A stretch of 64,000 bases of DNA, from assembly GCF_009914755.1 (NCBI RefSeq), contig NC_060941.1. The stretch is one strand, 5' to 3'. Positions 44,493 through 63,104 of this stretch are shown here, in pieces; the stretch's first letter is position 1; the number at the start of each line of letters is the position of its first letter. A model generated the notes under the pieces. It did no database searches, was not told the DNA's origin, and saw only the letters and a list, made by a program, of their open reading frames with translations. Position numbers and translations under genes: made by a program. This DNA comes from the human T2T-CHM13v2.0 reference genome, Homo sapiens.

Positions 44493-44581
44493 GTCAATTT
44501 CTTCATCTTCCTGAAAATTCTCAAGCTTCTCATTTCTAAGCTCAAAGCTCATCAAATGTGCTTCAGAGATTATAAATACAG
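44493..44581 (+). CDS. GLP2R: GLP2R coding exon 10 (TM5/ICL3: VNFFIFLKILKLLISKLKAHQMCFRDYKY-R), 89 nt, phase 0-2
   Basis: tttttttcaag|GTCAAT ... TACAG|gtgagt (AAG-type acceptor). Confidence 0.97.
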
Positions 44582-44830
44582 GTGAGTGGCTTAAGGTTGG
44601 TCCCCAGCAGTCCAAGGTTATTGTAAGTACTCTGGCTGTTCTGCCCGCTGTCTTGGGAAGGACATTTATCTCCTAAGGCCAGGGTATCAGAAAGAGCAGT
44701 TCTGGGAAGGTGCTATAGGATCAAGTGAGGCTTTTGTCAATGGTGAGGACCTTCTATGACGATGAAGCAAATGGTGAGTAGTCAAGGGCATTCACATCCC
44801 CCAGCAGAAAACTGTTAAAATGCCCCTAAG

Positions 44831-46452
<1,622 letters not shown>

Positions 46453-47223
46453 CTAGACTTGCCTACTGGCCTTAGGCAAGTGCCTTGGCCCCTTTGGCCT
46501 GCTTTCTGGTGTGTAAAAATGGGAGTGTCACTGCAGACTCATCTCCTGCTTATTATGAGGATTCAAGGAGTCTGTAGATATGGTTATAAATATGGGTGGC
46601 CACTCTACCCTCCCTCTAGGAGGTCTAGAAGGGTAAACATACCCGGTTCAATAATGGGCAGACATACTATAGTTGCTAGTTGGAGCTTTGGTCCAAACAT
46701 TTTGCAAGAAACCCGTAGCCCTGGGGAGCCGGCCTGGCCTGGGCTCCAGGGAGCCACGCTGTCTCTCTTGGCGCCTCCAGTCGAGGCTCCAAGTGGCCAA
46801 GCAGTCTCTCTGGCTCCCTTCCCAAAGGCTTAGCCTCTCTCACCACTCTTTCAGGGTGGAGCTTCAAAGCCTGCTCTAGTCCACCCTGCTGGGTGCACTC
46901 AGGGAGGAGAGTTCTCTCAATAAACAGGTGCCAGGAAAACCAGGGTGCCCCAGAAAGTGGACAGAGGCTAGTGTTTCCAGGAGACAGAAATGGTGCAGTT
47001 GACCCCAAAGGGACTCAGAGCTGACACACTGCTGCTTTGTGCCCCCAAAGCCTATCACGGGCCACTGGCACCTTCGCCATGCCCAAGACCCACAGCAACC
47101 CCTAAATAGTTTTTCATCATAGCTCCTCATCAGCATCCCCGGACAGCTGGCCAGAAGTGCAGCCTTGTGAGCCCTACCACTGGGTATTCTGACTCCATAA
47201 ATGCGGGATAGAACCTCACAGAG

Positions 47224-47428
47224 CAGCCGTGTCCAACCCTTTGAATGGAAGGACATTTTTGCTTATCCGTTGTGGTGGATATCACAAAAACTATGCATGG
47301 ACTTTTTTTTTTTTTTTTTTTTTTTTAGCTCATCAGCTATTGTTAGTGTTAGTTTATTTTACATGGGGCCCAGGACAACTCTTCTTCTTCCAACGGGGCT
47401 CAGGGAAGCCAAAAGGTTGGATACCCCT
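47224..47428 (-). mobile_element. MER30-type hAT MITE
   Basis: ttagctcatcagctattgttagtgttag...gggaagccaaaaggttggatacccctg. Confidence 0.82.
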
Positions 47429-48125
47429 GCTGCAGAGTCTCCCAGGAGATTCTGATACACAGCCAGTGTGGAGGACTGCTGGGCCAGATGTTCTATTGAA
47501 AGAACACATGCTAATGAATAAGCATTAGTTAATCAACTCTATTGCACTCTGCAGAAAGAACTAGTAAACAGAAAGGTGGCCAACGAAAATGGCAGGGAAA
47601 CCACAGAGGGAGGACGTTCTCAGTGGAATATTCTGGTCGGGCCATTATAAATGTCATGCAGCCTCAATGTTCTCTTTTCCAGAGTCCCCTCTAGAGTTTT
47701 CAGACTTTTCTGATCACACATCTCTGTCAGTAAAGAAATTCTGAGCACATCCCTCCTCATGTATATGCATGGTATCATGAGCTAATATATGTATTATAAG
47801 ATAGACCAAAAAATAGAAAATTTAAGAGGACAGATAAAAATTAATATATATACAATGCCTATTATCCTCTATTATAATATTTTCTTCCAATATCAAATAG
47901 ATTGCCCGGCATAGCCCTGGAGGGTGCGTACCCACCAGGAGCCATTGGTCTAGGAAAGGGTAAATCAAGATACTGGGGAGACCCTCATGGCTGAGCGATG
48001 ATCCAGGGTGACTGCTTTGTGGGGAGAAAGAGCAACCCTGCCTGACATATGCAGTCTGTCTGGAAATTCCTTTTTTCCTCTCCCCTGCCCTTGTTCAAAG
48101 AAAAAGCTTAAGAAGAAGAACTTGG

Positions 48126-48260
48126 GGCTGGGTGCAGTGGTTCATGCCTGCAATCCTAGCACTTTGGGAGCCTAAGGGGAAGGGATCACATGAGGCTAGG
48201 AGTTCTAGACCAGCCTGAGCCAGAGTGAGACCCTTTTTCTTTAATAATAATAATAATAAA
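48126..48260 (+). mobile_element. Alu monomer (FLAM)
   Basis: Left-arm sequence followed by a (TAA)n tail. Confidence 0.8.
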
Positions 48261-49619
48261 AGAGGTACCTTGGTGTGTGTCTACCCAAAGTCCTCCTAGG
48301 GTGAGATGCCTCACCTTGGTGAGTTTGCCACCACCTGGGTATAGTACAGGGAACCCATCTATATTCTTGAGTGGCTGAGACTTTGGGAGGCTGACTGACC
48401 CCAGCTGAGCTCACAATATATATAAACTAGAACACTGTTCATTTTTAACGTCTGTGGAAGGTGGGGATGGGGTAGAGCATTCCTTTCTTGTGCCCACATG
48501 CCTCCCAAAATTTCCTAATCCGCAACACCAGAAGATCCAGGAATCCAAAGAACGTTACTGGTGATCACATCACAAAGCAGAGTCTTGCTGTTGAAGGATG
48601 CTGAGGTTAGCCTGAAAAATCACTATCTGCCCACAGCACCACCTACCTGTTGGGAAGGAGGCTCATTCCCCAGATCCAGTGTGCCCTCCACAGACTAGGG
48701 TGAGATAGGCACTGAGAACGTCCTCCCTCTGTGGTTTCCCTGCCATTTTCATTGGCCACCATTCTGTTTACTTGTTCTTTGTGTAGAGTGCAATAGAGTT
48801 GATTAGCTAATGCTTATTCATTAGCAAAAAGGCAGGGACCTATCTCTCAGGACACACCTAAACCACCTTATTTAACTCCCTGCGCTGGTAAATCCTACAG
48901 CATCTATGAACTCACTTGCCCATTGTGCTCTTAGAAAGCCTCGCTAATTCTCTCACTTTCAAGTTCTGAGAGAGTGCTCTTTACTATAACCCCAGCAGGG
49001 CATTGGCACCCCTCAGCTCCTCAGCTCACAGTGCCCTCTTCCATGTCGGAAAGTTGTTCCTCTTCCTCATCCCCTTCCATGTTTGTTTTCCCTTAAAGAC
49101 TTCTGATGGGATAAGAAGGAGGAGGTGACAGGGCCCAGCATATTTTATCCAAACTCTTGTAGGTACAGGCTGCCTCCAATTCTTGAAGATTTTGAGAACT
49201 TTTAGAATGTAACCCTGATCTGGCCTCCCTCCAGGATTATATTTTAGGAAAGTTTAAATTAAACACATTTAGGCCCTGCCAAAGAGGCAAGTTGCTAGGA
49301 GCTAGAGAACCTTCTGTAGTCTTAGCCCTTGTCCCTGGGCTTCCACCGTCAAGCAAAGGAAATAAAAAATGGTCCATCTGTCTGGCTTGGAGAAAGAGAA
49401 CTGAGCCAAGTGTGAAGGAGGAACTTTGGGGCTATAAACAGGGTAAGCAATGCCCTAGGAATGCGGACAGAGTTCAGCAGACCGTCAGCTCAGCTGGAGT
49501 TCTCTGTTCTTTGTGGTTCCCAGCTCAGAGGCAGCTCTCTTCCCCTAGATAAAGGGCCTTAACTCTCCATGGGATGCACCTGGGCAGAGCTCTTGATTCA
49601 TTTATAAAGGAGAAGCATT

Positions 49620-49923
<304 letters not shown>

Positions 49924-49985
49924 CGACAAGCATTTCTTAACATGCTAAACCCCAGTTCTTTCTGAAAGGACTTTCTGATAGGCAA

Positions 49986-50517
49986 TGTAGGAAACAAAAG
50001 CTTTTCCTTAACCCTCTTAGGGTCCCTGGCTGGGTCTAAAAATTAGACAAAGACAGATTAACAGGAGAAAAAGCATCCAAGTTTATTTCATAAGTCTTAT
50101 ATGACGTAGGAGACTTCATAAGGAAAGGAAGACCCAAAGAAATGGTCAAACTTGTGTATTTTTATGCTAGGTTTAATGCACAGTGGACAGTCATGGGGGA
50201 AGTATGATTGAACAAAGGAGATCTAATGGTTATAAACTGGGGGAAATTTGGCAAAGCCTGTTTGTACAGATTCTTGTGTCATTGTGTCTTCAGAAATAAG
50301 GACGTTCCTTTCCTCCACCTCTCACATGAGGGTCTTGTGATCCGCTTCAGGAGAAGGTCAGAAAATCCTTCCTAGGTTTCATGACCTGTTTCAGGGGAGA
50401 AGGGCGGGAGGTTAGAGAGACCTTCCTGCTTCTGTGATTTTCTCAAATTCTTTCAGCTTAAAATACTCAGTATGTCAAGGTGCCATATTTTGGAGTACCA
50501 CGTTCTGAACCACATCA
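49986..50517. mobile_element. Solo ERV1-class LTR (MER31-like, tentative)
   Basis: TG...CA termini with 4-bp TSD GCAA at 49982-49985 and 50518-50521. Confidence 0.78.
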
Positions 50518-51355
50518 GCAACCAAAGACTAAAAATGTTACAAATTCAAGGAAAATTCGTTTAAAAAATTGAGTTATAAGCAACCGAAAGGCAGGGATGG
50601 CTTCTTTAAAAATAGTAATAACTAAAATGTATTGATCATTTATCGTGTGTCAGATACCATTTTTTCTGAGGGTTTACCCCATGTTATTTGTTTAATCCTT
50701 GTGACAGCCCTGTCAGGTAGATGCTATTACTATTATAATACTCCTTTTACAGATGAGGAAACTAACAGAGAGAGAGGTTAAATAATTTGCCCACAGTCAT
50801 AGCACTAATAATTGGCAACACTGAGATTTGAACTCAGGCCCAGATACTCTTCCTGTGTCCTGCTGCCTTTGACTACAACTCCTTCTTTCCCACTATATTC
50901 ACTCATGTGCCATAAGCAGATGCTCAATAAATATTTGTTGGATAGTTAAATGATTGCAATAAATGGAACCATTTAAATAAACAAAAGGTTATGGATGAAA
51001 ATGAGCATAAACACAGTCTGTAAGAGTAAACTGCTATTGCTATTTATGGATTTTCATCTGGACAGGGACACAAATAGTACTTCGTCTAAGGAGAAGTTAG
51101 AATAAGGTGAAGGGTAGACAATCCCTTCATGTCTCCATCCAGAAGGGTGAGTAGCCCAAAACTTTATTAAAAAATTGTTATTCTTTATAGATCATTCTGT
51201 ACTAAACGAAATGTGGGATCAGGGAACAGGAAAAGGACATTAGCGGGAAATCCACATAAACCCCGAACTTTAGTTCCTAGTAATATACCGTGTTGGTTTC
51301 TTAGTTTTGACAAACGGGCATGGTTATGTAGTATGCTAACATTAGGGGAAACTAT

Positions 51356-51709
<354 letters not shown>

Positions 51710-52878
51710 CTAAAATTATTCCAAAATTAAAAGTTTGTTTTAAAAAACCATAACACCATAACATGGCATCAGAATAAGCTGACAAGACACAGGTCTGCTT
51801 GTAGGCATATAAGTCTGTATCTTGAAAACCCAGCCCACCCAGAGCAAGGGTCACAAATTCAGACTCTTACAAGGGCCAAGCAAGTAACACAATTGAGTAG
51901 TACAAGCCGGGTGGGGGCTGGATGTCACAGCTTCCTTCTAAAGGGACAGCCATTGCCCAGCTGTAACCAACGATTGCCATGCAAGAATTTGAGCCCAGTG
52001 TTGCCAGATCTCCTCATTTTTCAAAAGAAGCCAGAAACCTGGACACTTTTTCTAGAAATATTATTATTTAAAGATGACTCCAATAACAAAAATTGCTCCG
52101 TGGCCTAAGCAAAAGTTGTCTGCAGGTCAGTTACTATCCATGGTCACCACTTTGTAACCTCTGGGCCAGAGGGCTTTAAAAACACTCCTGGAAATACAAA
52201 ACCCTTGAAATGTTCTCTCATTAGGAGCATATTAATGTTGCCTAGCGAAATGACTTCTGTAGGGGTGGGTGTTGGAGTGGGAGTCGATCTGAGCTCAGCT
52301 CAAGAGAACCACACAGCCAAGGCCCATGATTCCATCTGTCTGCTCATCAGCCTTTCCTGACAGTCAAGGCTCTGGTTCACACAATCACATGGCCAGGTGG
52401 AGTCCCTCCGTCCTGGTGGCTCCTGCACCCCTCTTCTTGGCTTTAGATCCTTTGGGGGCACAAAGGTGAGGTTGTTTATTTCATTGATAACATTGCATCT
52501 GAATGGCCCTTGCAGACATAGGATTCATAGTAAGCTCTTGTTCTCGTACAGAGTTAAACCTTCCTTAAGAAACTCCCCCATGAACTGCGAATGCCACCCT
52601 GTTTTTCTACACCTTTAATTCCATGGGATCTGAGGGGAAGTTCCTCCTAGTCTGGCCCCTTTAGAAGAAGTGACCTAAGCTAAAAAAAAAATCATTACAA
52701 TTACGCTCCTCTTTCCCAATGTGGGTAAGACAGTAGCTTTGTTCGTACCCCGAATATGAGTCATCTCTGCTAATGTAGTTAGTTTTAAATTAAGAAGCAG
52801 CTCAACAGTAAAGGGCAGTTATTTCCAAACCTGTATACTTCTCAGGATCCATGAGGAGTTCCTTAAAAAGTCCACATC

Positions 52879-53239
52879 CAGCCAGGTGCAGTGGTTTGCA
52901 CCTGTAATCCCAACACTTCGGGAGACTGAGGCAGGAGTAGTATATCACTTGAGGCTAGGAGTTTGAGACCAGCCTGGGCAATAACATAAGATCCCCTCTC
53001 TATAAAATAAAATAAAATAAAATAAAATAAAATAAATAAAATAAAATAAAATAAAATAAAATAAAATAAAATAAAATAATTATCCAGGCACAGTTGTGCA
53101 CACCTATAGTCCCAGCTTCTCTGGAGTCCGAAGCAGGAGGATTGCTTGAGCCCAGGAGTTCAAGGCTGCAGTGAGCTAGAATCGTGCTACTGTACTCCAG
53201 CATGGGTGACAGAGGGAGATCCTGTCTCTTAAAAAAAAT
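52879..53239 (+). mobile_element. AluJ with (AAAAT)n linker expansion (about 53002-53079) inside a MER5-like element
   Basis: Read directly. Confidence 0.88.
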
Positions 53240-54109
53240 TAACTTCCTGGGACCCAACCTCCAGAGGTGTGGATTCAGGGAGTTGATACTGAGGCCCAGG
53301 AAACTATATGTATATATTTTAAGAGCTCTGTAAGGAATTTTAATAGTCAGCCACGTTTGGGAACCACCAGTATGCAACATTTGGGTCCCAGCTGTGCACT
53401 TTACACGTGGGTGGCACAAGGAATGTTTGTCTTTTTTGTGTAGTCTATATACAACAGTGAACCTCCACGCCGCACTTTTTATGAGGAGGATCAGTTTTTC
53501 ATTTCCTGCAGCCCTCACTATCACCAGGGTTAAGGGGCAACATGAGGGCTGACAGCGAAGTCCAGAAAGGAGTCTGCAGGTCGGAACTGCAGGTCAGATG
53601 CCCCCACATCCAGCCCGAGGTTTACTACTTAGTGTCTGTATGACCCTGGGCAACTCATTTTCTCTCCCTTCTCATGGTAACACTGGAAATACTGATGTTG
53701 AAAGTCCGGAGTAAAGAAAGAGATAGATGAAACTGCTAACCACATGATAGGAAATTTAACAAACCTGGTAGGGGTGGAGTGTCCCAGGGTGGCAGTCACT
53801 TGCATGGAAATCTATCCATCAGGCAAAACTTTAAGAGCTACAGACATATGACAATCTATACAGGGGAATTTATGCATTCATTCATTCAATTCATGTTTTC
53901 TGAGCATTCCCCATGCGTCAAGTGTAGGAACACAACAGTAAACAAGACCACAATGGCCCTGAAGCGTTAAATGTTGTAGTGAAGGAGACCATCTGGGAAA
54001 CAACTATCAATATGGTAAGAGCTGCAACAAAGTCATGGCATGGAAGAGCAGGAAATGTTGCTTGTTCCCCATGTGGCCCTCTTGACTGTTATTTGGTTGT
54101 CATTTACAG

Positions 54110-54248
54110 ATTGGCAAAATCAACACTGGTCCTCATTCCTTTATTGGGCGTTCATGAGATCCTCTTCTCTTTCATCACTGATGATCAAGTTGAAGGATTT
54201 GCAAAACTTATACGACTTTTCATTCAGTTGACACTGAGCTCCTTTCAT
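54110..54248 (+). CDS. GLP2R: GLP2R coding exon 11 (TM6/ECL3/TM7: LAKSTLVLIPLLGVHE...TLSSFH), 139 nt, phase 2-0
   Basis: catttacag|ATTGGCA ... TTTCAT|gtaagt. Contains LAKSTLxLIPLLG (PxxG). Confidence 0.98.
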
Positions 54249-54879
54249 GTAAGTAGAAATCTGAACCAAAATGCCTTGACTTTGGAGAAAACAAAATGCA
54301 TGTGGCCGAAACAGGCTCAGAATTAAGGAGCCCGTGGATGAAAATAGAATTGTAGCATCAGCAGCCTTTATCAGTAAGGGCCCTTGGCATTAGAAGGGCA
54401 TGCAGACGGGGAAGTATTGCGTTGATCCTGCCAGCATGATTCAGTGACTAAGAAGGGGGAAATGGTCTCTTTCCTGGGTGGTAATAGTTGGTGTGACTCA
54501 TGATCATATTAACTATGAGTGTCAATGTGAAGCCTTTTATTAAGTGCCTATTTTTGCTGGGTTCTCTGCAGAGCATTGTGCAAAGTAAACATTGTCTGTG
54601 CTTCAGGTGACATGTACACAGAATGCAACACAAATTGGATAGGGACTAATGAGTTCAGACCAGGAGGCTATTGAACCTTGACAGATGTGTGGGAGTTGAA
54701 ACTAGGAACAAGAGGCTAGCTGTGGTTGTTACCTGGAAATATTTTGGTCATCTATTGCTTAAATTATTATCTATTTCTTAGTGTCTTAAGATGGCAATTT
54801 TTAAAATTATTTTTCATGATTCTGGGAGTTAGGAATCTAGGTAGGACCTAGTAGGGATGGCTAACCTTTGCTTCTGTGA

Positions 54880-55412
<533 letters not shown>

Positions 55413-55619
55413 AGGCCTTTTAAATGCCTATGCCTGGAACTGGCACAGTGATGCTTCTGCTGCATTCTGTCATTTAAAGCAAGTCACAGACCCAGCCTAG
55501 ATTGAAAGAGTAGGGCACTGCACAAAGGCATGAATGCTGGGAGGGGCAGCTCATTAGTGAAGGCCACTAATGCAACAGATTACCACTAACAGCACAGCAG
55601 CGCAGGTCTTCATAGAGTA

Positions 55620-58030
55620 GTTATCTGAAAATGAATCATCTTTAAATGTTGGTGTGGGGGCAGGACTTCTGAGATGATAAAGAGAGGATCTACAAAAGCT
55701 CTCCCCAAAAGGCAATGATAAAATTGGACAATTGTCAATAGCAACCATTTTGGGACCATACACATTAACTAAAAAAAAAAAAAAAAAGAAATGAGAAGGA
55801 TTCAGTCAAGAAAAATTACTGAAATTCAGTAATAACAGTGGGAGTCTATGTTACTTTTGTCTGGGACTGCTTTTGTTCTCTAATCCCTGCTCCACCAGTG
55901 AGGAAATTCTAGTGAAAACTAGCAGCTTCACTGAAGAGGGAGGCTGACTTGATTTGGATCAAAGAGCAGAAAAACTCTCATCCTTGGGCATTGCCAGATA
56001 CAGTGGCCGTCTTGGTGACAAAGAAACAGGGAAGGACAGTGTTACAGCCTGAAGTTATCATTCTATCTGGGGTGAAAAAACATGCTGATGGGCTAGCCAG
56101 AAATTTTACGGGAAGATTTGGGGAATGAGACAGCCACAGTGGGCCTTGACAAGCCCCCACATATTTCTCAGGTTGACTGGAAGGTTGTGTACATGCATAA
56201 GGTTGCATACACACTCAAGAAGGACCAGAAAGGACATTCACACATTTCTGGCTGAATGTGAGTTTCTGCACACATACAGAGGAAACATGAGGGGGTCTGG
56301 TGGAAAGTAAAAGCCAGGGAAGGCTTCAAACTGAACTTTGAATGTGTTCCCCAAGTGACATATGGATCCATTGGCAAAGGGTATGGAAGTCTTATGGGCT
56401 TGAGGTGTTTGAAAACAACTTCTGATCAATCATTGGCTGATTATTAAGCTATTGGAAACAGCATCAGATGACCAGATTTAAAAATAAAAACCAAAATTTT
56501 TTAAATGAGCAGAGACATCACTGGCCATATACCACAGCAGAGACAGATTCCACATAACTAGTAGTCCAGACAATTTTCTAAACAAACCACCACCACCACT
56601 CCAGGGATGGGGACTGGGGAATCAGAATCCTGAGTTGTTATAATATATTATCTAAAACTTCCAGTTTTTTCCAAAAATATGAGATCTGCAAAGAAACAAA
56701 AAAGTGTGACCCATACTCAGGACAAAAAAAAAAAAAAAGCAGTCATTAGAAACTTTCTGGGTGGGATAGGGGATGTCTAGATGTTGGACTTATCAGACAA
56801 AGACTTCAAAGCTATTATAAACATGTTCAGAGATTTAAAGAAAAAGTTGTTGAAATAATTAAAGGAATTCAATTATCTCAATTCAATAGAGAACAATTAT
56901 AAAATAAGAACCAAATGGAAATTCTGGAGTTGAACACTACAATAACTGATATGAAAATTTTATTAGGAAAGCTTAGATTTAAGATTGCAGAATAAATAAC
57001 CTGTGAGCTTGAAGATAGGTCAATGAGATTACCCAGTCTGTGGAAAAGAAAGAAAAAAGAATGAAGAAAAATAATAGAGCTTCAGAGACCTGTGGAATGC
57101 CATCAAGCATACTAACATACACATAGGAGAGTCCCAGAAGGAGAGTAAAGATAGAAATGGTAGAATAAATATTTGGATAAATAATGGTTGAAAATTTTCC
57201 AAATTTGAAGAAAAATGTTAATCTACACATCCAGGAAGCTTGATGAACTCCAAAAAGCATAAAACAAAGAAATTCATGCCTGGAAACATTACAGTCAAAC
57301 AGTTGAAAGCCAAAAATGAAGAGAAAATATTGAAAGCAACAAGAGAAAAATTGTTCATTACATGTAGGGACCAATGATACAATTAACAGCTGACTACTCA
57401 TCAGAACAATGGAGGCCAGGAGGCAGTGGTATAAAATATTCAGAATGCTGAAAGAAAACAATTGTCAATCAAGAATTCTAAATCCAGCAAAAGTATGTTT
57501 CAAGATAAAGGTGAAATAAAGACATTATCATAAAAACAAAGACTGAGAGAAATCATTATTGGCAAACACCCCTTTCAAGAAATATCAAAGGATGTCCTTC
57601 ATGCTGGAAGAAAACGACAACAGACAGCAACTCAAATCCACATGAAGAAATAAAAAACAGTGGAAAAGGTAGATACACAGGTAAATCTGAAAGGCTATGT
57701 GTAGGTTTTTTTTCTCATAACTGATTTTAAAAATACAAGATTGTATAAAATAATAACTATACATTGTATTTTTGGGCTTATAACATATAAAGATCTAATA
57801 TATATGACAAGAATATCACAGGAGAAGAATGAGTAAATAGAGATATATAGGAGAACATTTTTATATTTTACCAGGCTTAAGTTAGTGTTAATATGAAATA
57901 GATTGTGTTAAGATGCATGTTGTAATCCCTGGAATAAACACTAAGAAAATAACTTTAAAAAATGTATTTAAAATACTAGCAAAGGAATTAAAATGGTACA
58001 CTGGAAAGTATCTGTTTAACATGGAATAAT
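55620..58030 (+). mobile_element. Old L1M fragment (5'/ORF1 region)
   Basis: ORF1-like text (gagcttgaagataggtcaatgaga; gaggccaggaggcagtgg; agaattctaaatccagcaaaa). Confidence 0.8.
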
Positions 58031-58829
58031 TTCAGCCTCATGGGATTCACAAAATATCCCTATGAAGGATAAATTATTATACCTATTTTAAAGATGAAAG
58101 AACTGAGGCTCAGAGGACTTTCACATGCTAACATGTATCAGAGATGAGGTTTTTATTCAGAGGTTAAGCCCCTGCCTGTAACCACTATGCCATAGTGCCT
58201 CTCAGGTGCCTTGTGAAGATTAGAACCAGGAGACACCAAGTTCCCTATACCAGTCTTAAAGGTCAAGTGCTGTCTGATATATTGGAGCAATATACCAGAC
58301 AGGGTCAAGTGCTGAGATTTCGTACACAGAGCAGAGAAAATGTGTCCGCCCACTGCATGCTCACCAAAGGCCGAGGAGCCAGAGCCTGAAGTGTGGTATG
58401 AGCAGTTGGACAATATTTTTTTCCCTCCTGTTGGAGTTGAATTCTTTGTGGCTTTGAACCAAGACAGAGGATCCATAAGCAATTTTTTTCCCATTATGAA
58501 AACATGTTTATTTCAGTCTTTTAGGGAATTTCAAAAGATAAGGTTTAGTAATTTGGAATTTTTGTGTTCCTGGCCGTAATCTTCTTTAAAAGGTAGTCCT
58601 AAATTAGAGGGGGAAAAAAAACTCTGCAGCTGTTATGTAGTAATATTTGGTGGCCTTTTTTCTCCGGAAGGCATGGGTCAGGCAATGTGAGCCCTTGATC
58701 ACCTGATCTCACTCACCCAAGGCCCGGTAAAGACAAGTAATTCATGTGGAGCTATGTGAGGCAGATTTCTGAGAAAGAATCCTAGACTATCAGACTCTTC
58801 TGCCTTGGGAGGATGTGTTGGTCATCTGA

Positions 58830-59610
<781 letters not shown>

Positions 59611-60979
59611 ATGGAAGATTTGTTCCTGAAGCCAGCTAGAGCTCTGCTCATCACCCTGTACTGCTGAGGAACGTGAGGAATCAAAGTGACTCTGCAGGGT
59701 GTTTTGTACCAGGACTGAGCCAGAAAACACACTTAGAGGGCTTGTGTGTGGGCAGAGGACTCCCACCTTCGGAATACTCCTGCCGTGTTTCTCTGCATCC
59801 CACCAGGCAGAGGCAAGAGCACAGGTGGGCAGATGTTGGGGGAACTACACTTGGTGGATCATTTTAGAGACTCCACCATGGGAATTGGCAAGAACAGGCA
59901 TCAGCCCTAACAGCTTCCTTTCCTTGCTGCTTTGGAGGGTCCTTTACTCTTCCAAGAGCCTACTGCTTAGAGAGTTCCACCAGCCTCCTGCTATCAGTGG
60001 AGCTTTGGAGAGACTGCCAAACAGCGGTGACATATGAAGTAAGAGCCATGTGTTCTGTGGGACCCACTCCCTTCACACTTGCTTAATCTAGAATGAGAAC
60101 CAGACCCTAGGATGTTCCTAAAACTGTGAAGCAAGCACCCGAGGAAGTGAAAAAGACACATTTGTCATGTGGAATCCTATTTTAGCCAACTTGTTTGTGA
60201 GAATCCTGGCACCCTAAAAGCCAGCTCTTCTGATATCATGTGCCCAGAGGCAAATATTACCTGTCCCGCCAACCGCATAGGGCAGCTGTGAACCTCTGAC
60301 CAGATTGCATGTGTGAAAATGATTAAGTGATAACAGTATGCCCCTGTTATGGAAGCTATAGCCATGGAATATCTAGGTGCATAAGAGAAGGAAAATTCCA
60401 CATTCATGGGCAGAATCCAAGCATTTGGTTGATGTCGTGATTGCCAGTGTGGAGATCCTGGTCTGGCTCCAGAAGGGACATGCTGAACAAGGCTTACATA
60501 AGGAAGAGCAGAAAAGCCTTCCCCAGTGCCACATTTCATTATCATCAAGAGATATAAGAGGAGTCAGCCTGCCACTGGGACCTTCACTCTTTAGTTGGAA
60601 ATGCATCCTTTCCTTGTGAGTTCTGGCATTTTCTATAAACATGCAAGCATTGGGCCCTGCACACACATCCAGTTCCAATATATCAGACACACTGCCCAAA
60701 TTCCACAGACCCTTACATCAATTAGGGACAGCCAGGACATGTAGGTGATCACAGTGACTATCTGACAAATCAGGATATGTAGGAGCCTGAGAAAGACAAT
60801 GGAAACAAGCATTAACTGGAGCACCTTAGATTCCAGCCCATTTTGGGCTGAGTATTGTGGCGATGGTCATCCTGGAACATGGGAACCACATGACTGACAG
60901 CCCTGCCAGAAGCTCAGAGAGTAGGGAGGGTCAGGGGCCAAAAGGAAAGGATGCAAGTCAGGCAAAGAAAAAAAAAAAA

Positions 60980-61285
60980 GGACCAGGCACAGTGGCTCAT
61001 GCCTGTAATCCCTGTACTTTGGGAGCCAAGGCAGGCGGGTCACCTGAGGTCAGGAGTTTGAGACCAGCCTGCCCAACATGGTGAAACCCCGTCTGTACTA
61101 AAAATACAAAAAATTAGTCGGGCGTGGTGGCGTCCGCCTGTAATTCCAGCTACTTGGGAGGCTGAGACAGGAGAATGCTTGAACTCGGGAGGCGGAGGTT
61201 GCAGTGAGCCGAGGTTGAGCCACTGCACTCTAGCCTGGCGACAAGAGTGAAACTCCATCTCTAACAAACAAACAAATAAACAAAC
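60980..61285 (+). mobile_element. AluS
   Basis: Dimer with (CAAA)n tail. Confidence 0.92.
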
Positions 61286-61666
61286 ATTAGCCAGTGCCCA
61301 CTATGACCAAGTAGAGATGCAACAGTGACCTTGCCCAATATTTGTATAATTGAATGAATGACACAAGGTCTTGGGGGTTTAATCATCATTGACCCATGTG
61401 CACCTGTGAACAATCTAAGCAAACACCTAGGCTGATATAGGCGGAGCAGGGCGGGCGGGGCGCTGGATGTCAAAGTAAGAACAGATGCCATGGAAATCCA
61501 AGTTAATGTAACCAGTATGACTAATTCTAGTTAGTGTAAGCAATGCAGTTGCACGCCTCTTCTGGAGACTCCTTACGACCTGTGCAGGGCTTTGGACGTT
61601 GCCAGTAACTCTCAGACACATCTTCTCCGGAGTCAGATTTTATGCCATGTCCTCCTTTTGTTTCAG

Positions 61667-61708
61667 GGGTTCCTGGTGGCCTTGCAGTATGGTTTTGCCA
61701 ATGGAGAG
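61667..61708 (+). CDS. GLP2R: GLP2R coding exon 12 (TM7: GFLVALQYGFANGE), 42 nt, phase 0-0
   Basis: ttgtttcag|GGGTTC ... GGAGAG|gtatga. This is the 14-codon TM7 exon typical of class B1 GPCR genes. Confidence 0.97.
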
Positions 61709-62186
61709 GTATGATTTCCACGTTGCCATCCTGGTTTCATGTGAGGTTGGGACTGCAACCCTACCCACCTCTGGAGGTTTCTGTGGATGGGATGATGCTA
61801 CGGGAGAATGTGCAGTGACCAGCATGTGTGGGGACAAATTTGTATTGTGAGCTTCCGGTACAGAGAGCAGGAGGCAGCTTAGACAAATGGAAAAAAGGTG
61901 TCGGGATGGGTATAAGGGAGTTCAGAAGCCAGCACTGGCTCTGCTGGAGATGCAAGGAGTATTCAAATGTGACAGAGGAAACAAGCTTGAACCTCAGAGT
62001 CCAAAAATCTGAATTCACGCCTTGGTTCACCCTCAGGAGTTCTGTGAGTTAGCTGGGTCACCGCACTTTGTTTAGCCTCACTTTCCTCATCAGTAACATG
62101 GGAGCAACAATCATCCCTGCTTTGTAGTCTTGCTCTGGGTATGCTGAGCACATAGCAAATAAATGCTCAACACCTGGGAACTATGA

Positions 62187-62501
<315 letters not shown>

Positions 62502-63104
62502 TATTATTGCTTTTAGTTATTCATATTATTGCATAGCCCAACCAGCTCTCTGCTTCCCTGGGAAAAGATTTGACAGTGGGAGGGGCAGAGGCCAGAACAG
62601 GTGTTTTCTCCTGTCTTTAGGAGTTGGTAGAGTTTCCAACCCCTTTTCAACCTCCTCTCGCCCTACTACAAGTGTAAATATTTATTTCTGTCTCCTCCCA
62701 TTATGTACTTCCACTTACATAGAATGTACATAGCTCACATTCTATGTAAGCTTCTTGACAGCAAAACCATCTTCTGTTTTGCTCACTGCTGCTTCTTCTG
62801 TATCTTCATGCAGGGGGCTCCTCACCTATCAAGCAGGTTTCAGCTCACATGCCACCCCGGCAGAGTCCTTTCCTGAACACCCTGTCTTAAGTTTTTGTTT
62901 CTTTACCGTATTGTCCTGCTTAGTACTCTCACAGTGTCATCACCACCAGACATGTTTATGTATCTTTGTTTCTCCTTGTCTCCCCCAGTTAAAAGGTAAA
63001 TTTCCCAAGGGTGGCACAGAGTAGCTACTCAATTAATATTTGCTAAATGGACACATGGCTAAATGACTCCAAGACAGTAACCTCTCACTTGTCTCACCCG
63101 GCAG

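Noticed and set aside
61440-61470. GC-box cluster (ggcggagcagggcgggcggggcg) as an internal promoter
   Set aside because: Isolated motif with no CpG island or other support in the sequence.
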